Source of the DNA: Intoshia linei
Taxonomy: Eukaryota; Animalia; Orthonectida
NCBI GenBank assembly: GCA_001642005.1
Contig: LWCA01000141.1
Location: 1 to 48,420 of the forward strand
DNA: 48,420 nt
Direction of reading: 5' to 3'
Shown: positions 1 through 13,583 of the stretch, piece after piece
Numbering within the stretch: position 1 is the first letter of the stretch
Layout: each line of letters opens with the position of its first letter
Notes under the pieces: model-generated
Seen by the model: only the letters and a program-made list of their open reading frames with translations
Databases searched by the model: none
Told to the model about the DNA's origin: nothing
Position numbers and translations under genes: made by a program

Positions 1-670
1 AATTTGTATTATTTATTTATCTCTATTCTTGTGAGGTTATCCCACAGTGGCTTTTAACACTACTCTTCTCTACTCTCCGTTAAAGATGAATATGAGTCTA
101 CCAGGGTAAAAAAGTATTATATCTCTTCTCTCTATAGGTCATTATTTATACTATCTAAATACAAATTTTCTTTCTTATCAAAATATACTTTTGTTAATTC
201 AACGGAAAGTTTAAAAAGTGGACACCCTATTGTACATGTATATTACAATATTGTATTACAATCAAATTACCTAAAACAATTTGTAAATTTAGACAAATTA
301 CAATTCTTTATAATTTTAAAGGTGTTTTCATTTACAATTGGTTCTGATTTTACTTTCATTTAATTTAAATTTTAAATGTTTAATATGTAATTTTAAAAAA
401 AAGAAGTCGCTGCAATAATAAAGTAATTGTTCTGATATGGAAATTAATAAATGACAAAATTTTTCTAATATAAAATTACAAGCTGTTGTAACAGTTCAAG
501 TTGAAGTGAACTGTAACTTCACTGTTATATTAAACCTGTTATCGCAGTTGTAATTCTTACTTATTAAACATTATTTGTTAGATTCGGGACTTAAACCTAC
601 AAGCTTTGATTGAACTTCAGCTTTAATTCCTCTATCTATCATTAAACCACTACACAAGCGTTCAAGTATC

Positions 671-935
671 CAGTGCCGAACCTACTGTACCGAGACATCT
701 CGTCTGGGGACCTCGATGAAATTTACCCTCATTTTTCCAAATTGAGCATTAAAAAATTATATTCTTGAATATCGTGAATATATTGTATAATATAATATAT
801 TATATATAATTCATAAGTATTTTGTGTTAAATTTAAAATATCAAGTCAAGAGCTTTATAAATATCATTAGGGTTATATGACACTACGCATCATCTGTAAA
901 TTTTTTTTAGCCTTATATATCATTTTCGGCGTCGG
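671..935 (+). repeat. Dispersed repeat, second copy at about 31774-32035 (probably a degenerate DNA-transposon MITE)
   Basis: Colinear blocks AACCTAC..TACCGAGA, CGATGAAATTT, CCTCATTTTT, AAAATATCAAGTC.AGA and ATATGACA.TA.G.ATC occur in both copies. Confidence 0.55.
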
Positions 936-1029
936 GTTTGATAGGTTATTAATTCATAAAAATTTTGAATTTTTACAATTACTTAATGTTTTTACAAACA
1001 AATAAATCTAAATACATAAATATAAATAA

Positions 1030-2810
1030 AAGTAAATCTTAGCCTCAGATCCCCTCCATGGTCAAAACCACACATTACCCTTTTTTTTTTTTTAAATGAA
1101 ACATCCTAAAATTTTATAAAACATAAATTTTGGGATAGTTTTTAAAATAATAAGCATTATCATAATTGGAAACCTCAAAAATAGTGATTGTGCCGGGAAA
1201 AAAACCGGGACAAAATTCCCGGGACTTCTCGAAAAAAATTGAGACATACCTGTATTTGATTTATGTTTGTCATTACTATGTTAATATGAATATATTATAA
1301 TAATCAAAAATACTATTCCAAGCCCTCATGGAAAAAATGACTTACACCGATATCCTAATCAAAAATCCGATTTTACGAAATCTAATGAAAAAATACACTT
1401 CATCAAACCACAAATAAAAAATCTCATTTTCCAGCCCTTAATAGAAAAATATCCTTTTTCCAATACTTTTTTTAAAAACCTGTTATTCCGACCACAAATT
1501 ACTAACGCTTATTAGTACTATTCTTTTTTTCCAATATTATTTTAAAAAATATTATGAGTTAATACAAACTGGAACGCTATCATCAAGATTGTTAAAATTA
1601 AAGGAAACCCTTATGACCGTTCAATCTACGTCAACACAAAATGACAGAAATTTCTTTACTGCTTCTAATTTCGTTACAAAACGTAGAACGCGTTTAAAAG
1701 ACGAATCTATCAATATTATGTGTGTTTTGAAACATTTTTTTAACAATCTAAAATAAATACATTTTTTTCTAATTAAATTTGTCAATTTCAATTTAGATTC
1801 ATGTTATTTCATTAATTAAATTTCTTTTTGTTTCTAAAATTAATTAAGGTCTTTAAAATTTTTAATGCCTCTATACTATATATAAATGAAACATTTTAAT
1901 TTTTCCCGGGAAATCACAATCACTACTCAAAAAAGGTAATTATCACTATCAAAACCTCAGATTACGTTTTTTTAAAAAATAAAAACTACATTTATTACAA
2001 ATATTCAATACACTACAATTCACTACATTTATATTCAATAAATTTTATAAAAAATACAGATGATACAATTATAACCTGTTAACACATTCAAAAAAATGTC
2101 TTCACGGTCAAAAAAGCATTTTAGTATTTATTTTTTTTTATTTCGAAACTATTTTATTAAAACGAAAAATAAGAAATAATTAACGGTACTACAATTAATT
2201 AAAATTATTCTGATACAACTTATTCCAGTTGATATAAATACAAAATTTGAACCCCAGAAATTTACGCATTCCCGGTGAAAATAACTTTTAATATATTATC
2301 AACCAATATTTTTCAAATGTTGGATTAAAATTAAAAATATAAATAATAAGTTATTATCCTAAAATTTCAAAAAAAATCTGTATTGAATGTCTACACATTT
2401 CCAATTGTAGTGCAATAACAATATATCTTTATTTAATACGCTATTATCGTTATCGCACTAGAACATACTCTCAAGATTATTTTAAATTTGTGATTAAACT
2501 TATTGTAGTATCGTCACAGATACTAACTAAACTTATCTTATTCTACTATAAATATAAACGGGTTATCACTCAAGATCTTTCTTTCGAATAATGTATTTAA
2601 CTTGTAAATAGTATATAACTTATTTTAGCTTAATTAATTAATAAACGTATTTACTACACTTATAAACACTAAACCAATAAAGAAATGTGGGTGGAAATCT
2701 ATAATTGATTCCTTCGAGATTTTTTTCATTGCTACGCAATTTTTAATTCTAAAATACTCATTTTCAAAAAATTTAAAATTTCTTTGTACAAAATTTTAGT
2801 CAAAAACTAC
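1030..2810 (+). mobile_element. Helitron-family internal fragment(s), interrupted by a hAT element; boundaries approximate
   Basis: Shares the blocks CACGGTCAAAAAAGCATTTTAGTATT and CTTATTCCAGTTGATATAAATACAAAATTT..ACCCCAGAAATTTACGCATTCCCGGTGAAAAATA with the 42592-43978 element. Confidence 0.7.
1182..1925 (+). mobile_element. Internally deleted hAT (Ac-type) element with a C-terminal transposase dimerisation-domain relic (about 1560-1756)
   Basis: TIR TAGTGATTGTG...CACAATCACTA; perfect 8-bp TSD CTCAAAAA (1174-1181, 1926-1933); peptide LMTVQSTSTQNDRNFFTASNFVTKRRTRLKDESINIMCVLK*. Another end of the same family lies at about 39670-39731. Confidence 0.88.
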
Positions 2811-2937
2811 AACAAAGTTTCTTTTATCGAAAATTAGATTCTCATAAATTGAGTCGTTCAGGATAATAAACCTAAATTACGCTTTTTGTTGAAATGAAAA
2901 GAGTCACATGATTCACCATTTCTGGGACAGTTATTAA

Positions 2938-3149
2938 CCCTTTCACTGTCTGTATTCTATACTATACACAGCAATTTCACTTCACACGTCTGTATATTCT
3001 GATATACACAGCATAATTTTGAAAAACTTTATTCTTTTATTATCATATATTTTCACATAGGTAATTTAAATATAATAAAAATTTACATTAAAACATAAAT
3101 TCCAGACGTGTGATAATAGTACATAAAATTGCATCAGATAGTGAAAGGG
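2938..3149. mobile_element. piggyBac-type MITE (212 bp)
   Basis: TTAA|CCCTTTCACTGTCTG ... CAGATAGTGAAAGGG|TTAA. Confidence 0.85.
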
Positions 3150-3458
3150 TTAAAATGATGATTATTATCATAAATCGCCACTTAAAACCTGCATTTTCAC
3201 GGCCATAACTACATATTACTCTTTTAATAAAATTAATATTAAGATACATATATTAATGTAGTCTTAATTTTTAAAAAATTTCATGACTAATACAGTTATT
3301 TCCAAGTAAATGAACTAAAATTCACATAAATAATTTCAAATATCACAAAATTAAGCCTTCATGGTCACTTTATTTAAGAATTTATTTTTTGGTACTGTTC
3401 GTATAAAGTACATAAAAGTCAATCCATTTGTATAATAAAATTTTAATCATAAAAAAAA

Positions 3459-6400
3459 CTATTGTGTTTTGTACTTATTGTCATCCAAGTTATGTTGGTT
3501 AGAATTGGTATCATAAGAGTAATTGGTATAGTCTGTATTGACTTTAATAGAAATGTTTTCAATATTAGAATTTGAAGAGGATTCTGTATTTATTTTGGTA
3601 TTGAAGCATTCTTTGCGGTATAATGAATTACAATTATTTCTATTATTGAGTGGATGTTTGTACATATTTATATCAGTAATATTAGGATTATTTGAGAAGC
3701 CATATTGAATAGTATTTCTATTTGAAAATCGATGACGGTTATTTTCATTATCAAATAAACCAGAAATGTGTGCGTTTGTTTCATTAGGCTTGTGGTAACA
3801 GCACGTGGGAATGTAATCAAATAAATTCTCATTTTGATTCTGGTTCTGATTTGGTATAAACTGGTTTAAGTAGTGGAAATTTTCAATTTGTGGTAAATTC
3901 ACCTTATTTGGCATCATGTAAGAATTTGGAACCCTCATGGCATTATAGTTTACATTTGAGTACTGGTTTAACAATCCACTTGTCCCATTTACCAAATTTC
4001 GCATATTTTGAAATTGTAATCCTTCGGAAATGTTAGGAATACTGTTTCGGTATACTGGAAAATTTAACTGATTATTCATGATTCCATTTTTGGATGTACT
4101 ACAATCGTAAGAATGGCTTTGTTTTATATCCATTTTTTTAAAGTTGTCTTTTTTTCTTAAATTTACGAAATAGTCAAATGTACTGCTTTTTGTGTGTGCT
4201 TTGTTTCTATTTCTGGTTTGTATAACTTCTTTTTTCATTGATAGTGGACGTTTTACCTATATTAAAAAATTAATAAACGGTTGATGTGAGTTTTATAAAA
4301 CTTTTAAAATTTTTTCCATATAAAAAATAAAAACATACCAAAATGGCCTCAAGATCTAATATACCTTTCATTATTTAAAAAATGCTTCTCACCATACTTA
4401 TTATAGGGTCTACGTTAAATGTTTCGTTAATTGAACCATTAATTATTTAATTTTTTAAATATCAAATGAAATAAAAATAATAAATTTTGAAATTTTAAAC
4501 ATCCATCATAAAATACATAGTTTATTAGTCTATTTGTTTGTAACCATTTATTTAAGAAAGTGAGATGCGTAGAGTTTTAAAAACACCAATTTTTAATACA
4601 GTTTTTATAAGGTGAGGTTATGACGCAAATTTCATTTTCAGAATGGAGTCCTTTAGGGTCAAAAACTGAAAGTATCCTTTTTTTAAAAATCAAAAGATTC
4701 TTAAAATTATTGAAAAATCACCTTTACTACAACTTTTTCCAGTTAAAATGTATAAAAAATAGCAATGTCACAAAGTGAAGCCTTCACAGTCAAAACAGCA
4801 ATTTACTTTTCATTATATTTTTTTGGTAAAATTACAAAAACTAGTCCTCAGTAGAGCTAGGTGGTGTGTGTACGAAGTACATAACAGTCAAGCTAGTGTT
4901 GAAATAAGAAAATTAATTAAATCGAAAACAGTTTAAAATGTAAACAAATGCATTTTATATATCCGTAGGCTATATTTAATTGGCCATTAAAACAAAAACA
5001 TGATAAATATAATTACTAGTATATTAAGATTTCATGAATAGCTCTGGATTTGACACTGAATAAACATATAGGGAGATAGGCGGTATGTGTCAATACTTTC
5101 AGTGTAAATTGCATCATATAATTACAATAACGTAGAAACATTTCAAAATTTAAATTTGATAATCTGTAATTTACCATTCACTGTTTATCCAAAAAGTGTC
5201 ATAAATCTGAAATCTTAATTAGTCGTTTACTTAATTAAATTTTTGTTAATTCTAATCCTAATCCAAAATATTATCCTATAATATATTCTAAAGCACATAC
5301 TTAACATTAATATTATACATGTTATCATAATGAACTGCACATATTTTTGAATATATATTTATTAAATTTTTGCAGCATGTTCTTCAACCAAATGTATTAA
5401 TAACAATTTCAAATTTATGAATATGAAATTTTGAAATTTAAAAAAATTGATTCATCTGATATGTTGAAATACTTGCAACAATATTAATACACTCTGTACT
5501 AAAAAAATTAACAATGTATGATAAACATTCTTTATAGTAACCGAACGAAAAGTTTGTAATATCCGTTGTATTTTGATATAATAGATAAAATTGTTTTAAA
5601 ACACAATGGGAAACCAAATGAAAGTTACCAACGACTGATGACAATAAAAATTACCAGTGAATAGTTTAATTGTAGCGATAATTTTACTAAATACGCTAAC
5701 CGTTACAAGCTAAGCTTCTCAATTTAGGATTAATTGTTAAGGATAATTAATAATATGGGTAGATTGACCGCAAAATAGGATTATATTATCTGATTACATC
5801 AACTGATTTAATGATAAGAGTGTTTACGTTATAATGGTAATAAAGTTAAAAACCAAACCAAACTCAAACAAACCCAATGGACAGTTACACTTGCGAATTT
5901 GAGATACAATTGGGATTAAATGAAATTTAACAATCAATCACGCCACATGCAAACATGAATATTATATAAAAACTATAAAACGAAAACTGAAACAAGATAA
6001 ATAATGAAAAATGAAAAATAACCTTGTGAAGTTTATAATACAGACCACAGGCATTGCAAACGGCATCTCCGAGTTTATTTCTTCGCCACAATGTTGTTTG
6101 GTGAGTTCCACAATTTTGGCACTTTACATTAGTTTTTTTTGAAGGTGTCTACATTAGGTAAATTAAAAATATTAAATATGTACATCAGTTATAATCTGAT
6201 GGGCAGGTGTAGTAACAATAAAAAGTAACCACTTAAAAAAAGTAAATGTTATAATTTAGAAGCAGATGATACCAAGATTTATGGGCAACGTCTTATCATT
6301 GATATATGTTTTAGTTAAAGATAATCTTGAATATAAACTGATTTATGGCTCATATATCATATTATCTGATTTTAAATGGTATATATCGATTTAATATAAA

Positions 6401-8869
6401 TTTAATTTAATTTAAAAAAGATAAATTAAAATATTTTATAAAAAGAATACATTCAAAGGTTAATTTGCGATGCGTTTCGACAGTTTTAAATGGTTAAATT
6501 TTATTTTATTTGACATATTAATCAGTTGATCTAATCTCGTTAAAATATGACGCTTTTGTTTTAATGTATATTGTATGAATTAATTTACCAGTCTTTTTTT
6601 TAATTTGGATATAGGCCGATTAGCGTTATTCATTTTTCTAAATAAACCGCATGCATTACACAAATATTGTCCATTATCATTTGCACGGCGCCAAAGAGGT
6701 GTTTGTGTAGTACAACAGTTTAGACAGGTCCTTTTTGAATCTATACAAATATTAGCAAAATTTAAAAATCTATTACATGTATTATGTTGGTAATTTGTAA
6801 TAATAAGGTTAGACATAGCTTCAGGTTATCAATAAATTTTGTTGAAATTAATATCATGTCAATACCAAACAAAATGGAAAATGCCAAACAAATTTTACCG
6901 ACACTTTTTAACATGTAATTAAATTTTTACATGGTGAAATGAAAATTTTTAATTTTGTTAAATTATTAATACATTATATATTTATCAAAATTAATATTAA
7001 AATACATTTTTTACCAATTTCAATTTTTTTGGAGGAATTTGTTCGATTTGTGTAATTCACAGAAACATTGGAATCATTAATGGGTTGACATGGTACAGAG
7101 CGTCGATTTTGTAGATATTCATTTTCTGGTTTAAATTCTAAGGTACTCAGATCCAAACTTTTTGAATCACTAAATTTTAAGTTGGAGGAATGAGGAATTT
7201 GATATTTTTGCTTTTCAATAACATTTTCCATGTGGTCGTCGGTTTCGCATTTTAATTCGTTAGTAAAATAATTAAACCTAAATGTCATTTTTTATATTTT
7301 AATTTTAATATTTTTTTACCCATCAATTTTTTCACAAATTTCTTGGTGTTTGACTTGTTCCATGTCTTCAATATTGTACAGTAATTTTTGGTTTACGGTG
7401 TCACCTTTATTTAATACTTGGTTTGTCCAAAAATTATCGCATGTTTTTGTTTCCAGGCTGTTATTTTCGTTCAAGTTATTGGTATACTCTAAAAATGAAA
7501 AATGAAAAATGAAAAATATAAAATATAAAATATTAAATTAAAAATGAAAAATTAAACTTTGCATTGAAGAGTTTTAGAAAAGTTTTGACATGCTTGTATT
7601 GTTGTCTGAAACGTTTATATAATATAGTAGGCACTGGTCAGATTATTATTATAAACCCATATACAAATAAAAATAAAAATATTTTTTGGTCCCGTATTTA
7701 ATTCCATTGCTTAATCTGACAATTATAATAGCTGAGGTCCTATTTCTAATTTACATGATAAAAATTAAAAAAATTACACAATAAAAGTTTTTATTAATTT
7801 TAAACTATTGAACATTTGAACATTCCAATTTTTCAATTTTTAACTCACAAAATGAACAAAATGAAAAAATTACTTATTAATATATAATTTATAATATAAG
7901 ACCCGTTGAGTGGATCCAGTCACACGCCTATGATTTCTATTTTATCATAATCATAATTATTATCATTATCCTCTCGGCGATGATTATCTCGTGTGTATTT
8001 GCTACCAATTCTGTCATGTTAGAGTTGAATTTTGCTCTCATAATTACGCATCTACAGTTCGTATTTGCAAATGTACTATATCGTTTACAGGGCCCTGGAA
8101 AAACAAAAGTAGACTAATATAACCGATTAAAAGATAAATTAAAGTTTCCTTGATTCAACTAAAAAAGAAATTTTCTGAAAATACCTATTATTGTATAATT
8201 TAGAATATTATACTTAATAACAGGCGATAAAAACGTAAGACCCTACTCTCCATACTCTGACCGTTGACCTTGAAAACAAGGTCATGGAAAGGCAAAAATT
8301 GTACCAAACCAGATTAATCACCCATTATTAGATTCAACAAATTATCATTAGCACTGACGATTAAAATTAAATTAAAAATTTTGATGAAATAGCAGCTCCA
8401 AACTTGGAAATACAAAAAATTATTGAATAATTTAAAAATTACCTTGCAATTTTAAATTTTTAAAGGAATTTTCGTTAATTTGTTTGTATTTATTTTGAGA
8501 AAAAGAAAAATAATTGGTACCGCCATTATTTTTTAAATAATTTCCGTTTGTTTCGTTAAACGATTGATTACTGAATACACAATTTTTAATTGACGCGTTT
8601 TGAATATCGGAAAAAGTGGTTGAATTTAAATTTTCCTTTGCATCTTGTACATTTAAAAAATTTATCGGTTGATAAAATGTATTTAAAGTTTCATTTTTTT
8701 TCGTAATTAAATTAAAATTTTTTTCATATTCTAACGGTGTAATGTGATTCTTGTCACTGTCCACATTTAGATATGATTGTGTTTTACCATTTTCCAGTAA
8801 TTGTTCAGATTCCGTGTCGTTCTTTGAACAATTTGATAAAGTTTCATCAAGAATAGAATGTGAATCCAT
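3459..8869 (-). CDS. GATA transcription factor, GATA1/2/3 (grain-like) class, two zinc fingers, ~644 aa; exons (5'->3') 8869-8443, 7488-7320, 7277-7015, 6740-6589, 6148-6023, 4256-3459
   Basis: All introns are GT-AG with compatible phases (1935 nt total). N-finger [27 protein letters not shown]-finger [33 protein letters not shown] (exon 6148-6023, absent from the ORF track). Basic tail [17 protein letters not shown]; YYKLH and TRNR match the GATA1/2/3 class rather than GATA4/5/6 (TRKR). The three N-terminal exons rest on splice phase and open frame only. Confidence 0.92.
4502..4896 (+). mobile_element. Short non-autonomous Helitron in the last GATA intron
   Basis: A|TC start at 4502. The 3' end GAGCTAGGTGGTGTGTGTACGAAGTACATAACAGTCAAGCTAG|T matches the family terminus. 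Confidence 0.75.
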
Positions 8870-10359
8870 GTTTCTATAAATTTTAATTTAAAATGAGTAA
8901 ATTGTAAAAAAACACTAATGGTTTGTCGAAATGATATCTTGACATTATTGATGTAATGTGTGACTTTTTGAATTTGTACAATTATTAATTTTATTGTAAA
9001 ATAATACTAATAATAATATAATAAAATTGTAACTAATCTTTGTGATTTAACAATTAGGGCTATCGGTGTACATTGTACAATGTATAAAGTGTGAAGTACC
9101 AGATACTTGCAAGATAAAATCAAAAACGATTAAAATTTATCCATTGCTGATGAAACGATAAAAATAAAAAAACAATAAATTTACCTTGAACAATAATGTT
9201 GCAACAAATTTTATAACAGTTTTCAAATGAAATTTCAGTTGTATTATATAAACACAACCTATTAACTACAATTTCGAGCCATGTTTTAATAATGACTGTT
9301 AGATTATTGGCTATATTTGTTTATTATATGCATTAAATTACTAGTCTGCTGTATGGACTCAAATATTTGAATATCATATGAATTAAACAGTTTGTACTGC
9401 CCACTTTATTAAAATGTTTTGTATATGCTGCATTGTGCATATTATAGATGCCATCGAAAAATTTAGATACAATTTAAGTATTCAAATCAAACAGTTTTAC
9501 ATAAAAGTTTAACTGTAGATTAATGTTTTATTTTGATTCACATATAAATTTACAGTTTTCACTTATTTTTGAAGACTTATTTAAAATCGAATTGAAATTG
9601 AAAATATACACATGAATAATTAATATAAAATTTTTAAATTGATACAAGCAACTATAAACAATTTATTTTTATCTGATAATCTCAATAATTATTGATAATA
9701 CGTCCTAAAATAATGTATCCTGTTTATCTTTGATTTATCAATGGTTAATAGATTGTTGAGTATGAATCACAGTTTCAATGACAAATTTTAACTTTCAAAA
9801 TGTTTCCATATTTTTTTAATGTTTTTAAATGTTTTTAAACGTTATACGTTTGTAATTACAGTTTTGCAAATTTACAAAATAAAGTAATGTGCATTTAAAA
9901 TCAACCCATTATTATAAATATTAATTTATTATTATTACATTTTTCAGTTTTATCATTTCATATTCTTATTAACATATGTAAAGTAATAAAATAAGCATAA
10001 TGTCAATAGAGTGCATTTTAATTACCTAAAAATGAAAGATTATTGTTACATTCCAAGTTTTTATTTACATTAGTTTAATTTTACACGTTTATAATAATTC
10101 ACTTTATTCTCAAATGGTGTCGGATTTTTCTACATAAATATAGCTGAAACCAAATTCAATTACTTTTAGATTGATTGACATTAAATTTTAAAGGTCAAAT
10201 CTTGAATCAAGATTCTTGATAAAAGAAAAATGTGAAAGTGTTTTTTTTAATTTAATACTATCTAATATGGGGAAAATTTATAATGTTTTCGCGTCTAATT
10301 CCATATCATATATAGCATATACACTAGAATTTTCACGGTATGAAACTAATCTGTAATAT

Positions 10360-10900
10360 AGTGCTAACAAATGTTAACAAACAAAAAATTAAGATAAAAT
10401 AATTCAGTTTAAAGTAGAAAGTAATGTGATATAATGGTTCCACCTGAAACAAATTTTGGAACCACTCCTTTAAAGGATTAATAATAGTGAATAGTAGGAT
10501 TTTTAAATTAAATTTTCAACGTGAATTTATTTTTTAAGTATAATAAAAATGTGTCCTCGGCAGAGTTAGGTCCTGTTTGTACGTGGTACATAACAGTCAA
10601 CCTAGTATTATATATAAACTGTCAAATAGGGCTGTTTCATTAAAAAAATAAGGGTAATTTGTGATTTTGGCCCTGAAGATATAATTTTTTTAAATTTAAA
10701 TTTATGACAATGTTTATGATTTTAAAAGCCGTATCAGTGTATATATTTTTTGCTTTTAAAAACTATCCGAAAATTTATGTTTTATTATATTTTAAGACAT
10801 TTTTCATTTTTAAAATAATGTGTAATTTTGGGGTTTGACTATGAATGTAGTCGTTTTTGAGGCTCAGATTTACGACAATGTTAATGATTTTAAAATTTAA
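10360..10900. mobile_element. Helitron 3' fragment (+, CTAG at 10602-10605) followed by an oppositely oriented internal fragment
   Basis: CTCGGCAGAGTTAGGTCCTGTTTGTACGTGGTACATAACAGTCAACCTAG|T, then GGGTAATTTGTGATTTTGGCCCTGAAGATATAA as seen in the minus-strand copies. Confidence 0.75.
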
Positions 10901-12186
10901 AAAAATGACCATATTAAATGCAAACATGACCATTAGAAAATTTATAATATTTATAAAAAGCGTGAATAGTAATTCAGGTAATATTCATAAATAACTTTAT
11001 GTTCATTCTGATTTCTTATTAAAATTTCATTCGGTCCGCGCCTGACCAAACCTTAATATTATGATTTACAAATTTATATATAATACCCTTGAGGTAAATG
11101 GGAATCATTGCCGGGTATACTTTTTCTATAAAAAAAAGTAGGACACTCTAATGACCATATCAACATCAAACATGACCTTCATTGTGCAAACATGACTGTA
11201 TCAATAGAAAACAGAAAAATAGAAAATATAAATAGAAACATCTATAAGTAAAGAATTTATCAAAATTAGTCATGGGACGATTCCGATTTTAAAAATTTTT
11301 AAAAAATCAATTATAATTGATCTAAAACTAATTACATAATTAATAGTTGGTCCTTTATAACTTAAAAAACACATTATTTATTTTTGAAAATAATTCGAAA
11401 AAAAATTGTAATAGAGAAATACAGTTTGATTGATTTTATCATTAGTAAATTATAGAGATGCAACTACAACGTGTAGTTTATGCAGTAATTCTTTTGTATA
11501 CTCAATAGACCAATCATATTTATTGTATATGTAGTGGTTGCTCTTCAGAAATCTCGAGAAATTTAAATATACAATTACTAGCTTGACAGTTTTCTACTAC
11601 GTAAACTCTATAGCTAGCTGTGCTGAAAAAGCATGTTTTAATTTTACTAACCAAATATTATATTTAACTTTGCATGAAATAAACATAATATTACTAATCA
11701 TTCTACTACTCAATTTTACATGTCCTTTAAATCAGGGCTTCCGTTTTTTAGAAAGTTCCAGTTATGTCAATTAAACTTTTTTCTGTAATTAAAATTTACC
11801 ATTACCCAAATGTTATCATAACATCACACGTACATTACATTTTAATGTCTAGTTCAATAAATAGAATTAATTAATTAATTAGGTAACTTTTACATAAAAA
11901 TAATTTTTTGAATGATTTATTAAAATTTTTTTATAGTTCTCAAAAAATCAGTTATTTTCAATGATCAAGATTTTTTTTCTTGTTGAATTTCATCAATTAT
12001 ACCCTATATTTGAGGAAGTTTATCTGGTAAGTTTTGCATGTAGTATTGATTTGAATTTTTCTTTTGAACAAAGATATGCATCATAATTTGTAACTGTATT
12101 TACCTTTTTGTTATGCTCATCATCTTCAGAATCAGATTCGCTTTTCTAGTTCAATTCTTTCAATTGTTTTAACATATCGACTTTAA

Positions 12187-12940
12187 CTATAACTTTAACA
12201 TCAATATTTCATTTTGTACTTCTTTATTAACACTATTATGAATATCTAACTTTGCATTTTCCATTGATTTCAAGAAACAATTTTTGATGCATTTTATTGT
12301 TACATTAATCCAAGATTTATTAATCCACATAATGGAATTGTAACATGTAATTTTTTTACACCAATTTTCTTGTGAAACATCTGTGCTTGACGTTTCATAG
12401 CATAGTGATTTCATTGATAATTTTTTATAATTGTCCTTGAAAGAATAATATTATCCCCTGGTCTAATGGTTGAATGAGTGCAGTGGTATTTAGAGGAAAA
12501 TAAAATAGTTCGATATTACTCAATTCTATATCTTTCAGATGAATTACCAATGACATCCAAGCTTTTAAATTATATTCATATTTTACAGGTAGGTTACTCA
12601 TTATGATATTTTTGAAGCAACGTGGCTTTTTCGATTTTGCAATGACCAATGGCTGCAATTTTTCGCCTTTTATGCTAGCCGCAAGCAAAATGGTCATTCT
12701 CTCCTTTGAAAATTTTCCACTAGCTTTGTCTTCTGTACCATAAACAAATGTTTTGTTACTACTGCATTTATAAAATAGATCAGTTTCATCACAATTAAAG
12801 ATGTGAATTTTGTGTTGATCCAGTTTTAACTTGTATATTTCCGAAAAGTTTAAAATACTTTTTTTACTGACAGATCGCAATTCACCAACTATTTTGCGCG
12901 ATGAAATCATTGCGATGAGTAGAAGATTTATCTTCATCAA
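12187..12940 (-). pseudogene. pogo/Tigger (DDE_1, CENP-B-like) transposase relic
   Basis: IFNCDETDLFYK, SKERMTILLAAS, KSKKPRCFKN, KAWMS, FPLNTTALIQPLDQGII. The HTH region and the segment with the second catalytic Asp are missing, and the frame is broken after DQGII. Confidence 0.88.
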
Positions 12941-13583
12941 ATAATATAATTAGTTTCTTTTTGTCATTAGTTGTTGGATCAATTTATTTTTTTTCTTATA
13001 TTGGTGTTCATAATAAAACAATAAAAAAATGTAAATATCACGGTAAATGAACGATAAAAAATAAGATGATGAAATTAGATTTTGTGTTTTTCGAATTCTA
13101 AGATTATTTTAATTTAAAAAAATGGTAACTTGGGGGTTTTGACCTTATATGTTGACCGTAGTTTTTTACTTGTGTCTTTTAAATTAATTCATTATTTAGA
13201 TTGCATTTATTTAGGTTTTGAATTAATAAATTCCATAAATTGGTCATCAAAACCATAAAATTAGAGGCAATTAATGTTGGTGAAACCCAAAAAATATTTT
13301 TTATAATTGATAGTAGCAAAACTGACTTATAGATATGAAATATAAATAAAAGCATATAAATTTTTTTTAGGTTTGCTTTGAAAAATCATTAACGAATAAC
13401 AGGTTTTGCATAAGAATCATGAGAACTAATGTTTTTTTGAAAATTGTGAACAAATAACGGAATAAGCGAATAGTCGAAACAGCCAAATCTACCAAGCTCG
13501 AGGCCACCGAAAATAAAAATAGGCTCCTAACCAATCTGTTAACCAATCAATTTCACTATGGTAACGCAATCAATACTATAGAC

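Noticed and set aside
7900-8310. GC-richer intronic stretch with TGACCTTGAAAACAAGGTCA hairpin in GATA intron 1
   Set aside because: No recognisable protein motif or second copy in the window; probably a repeat fragment but not classifiable.
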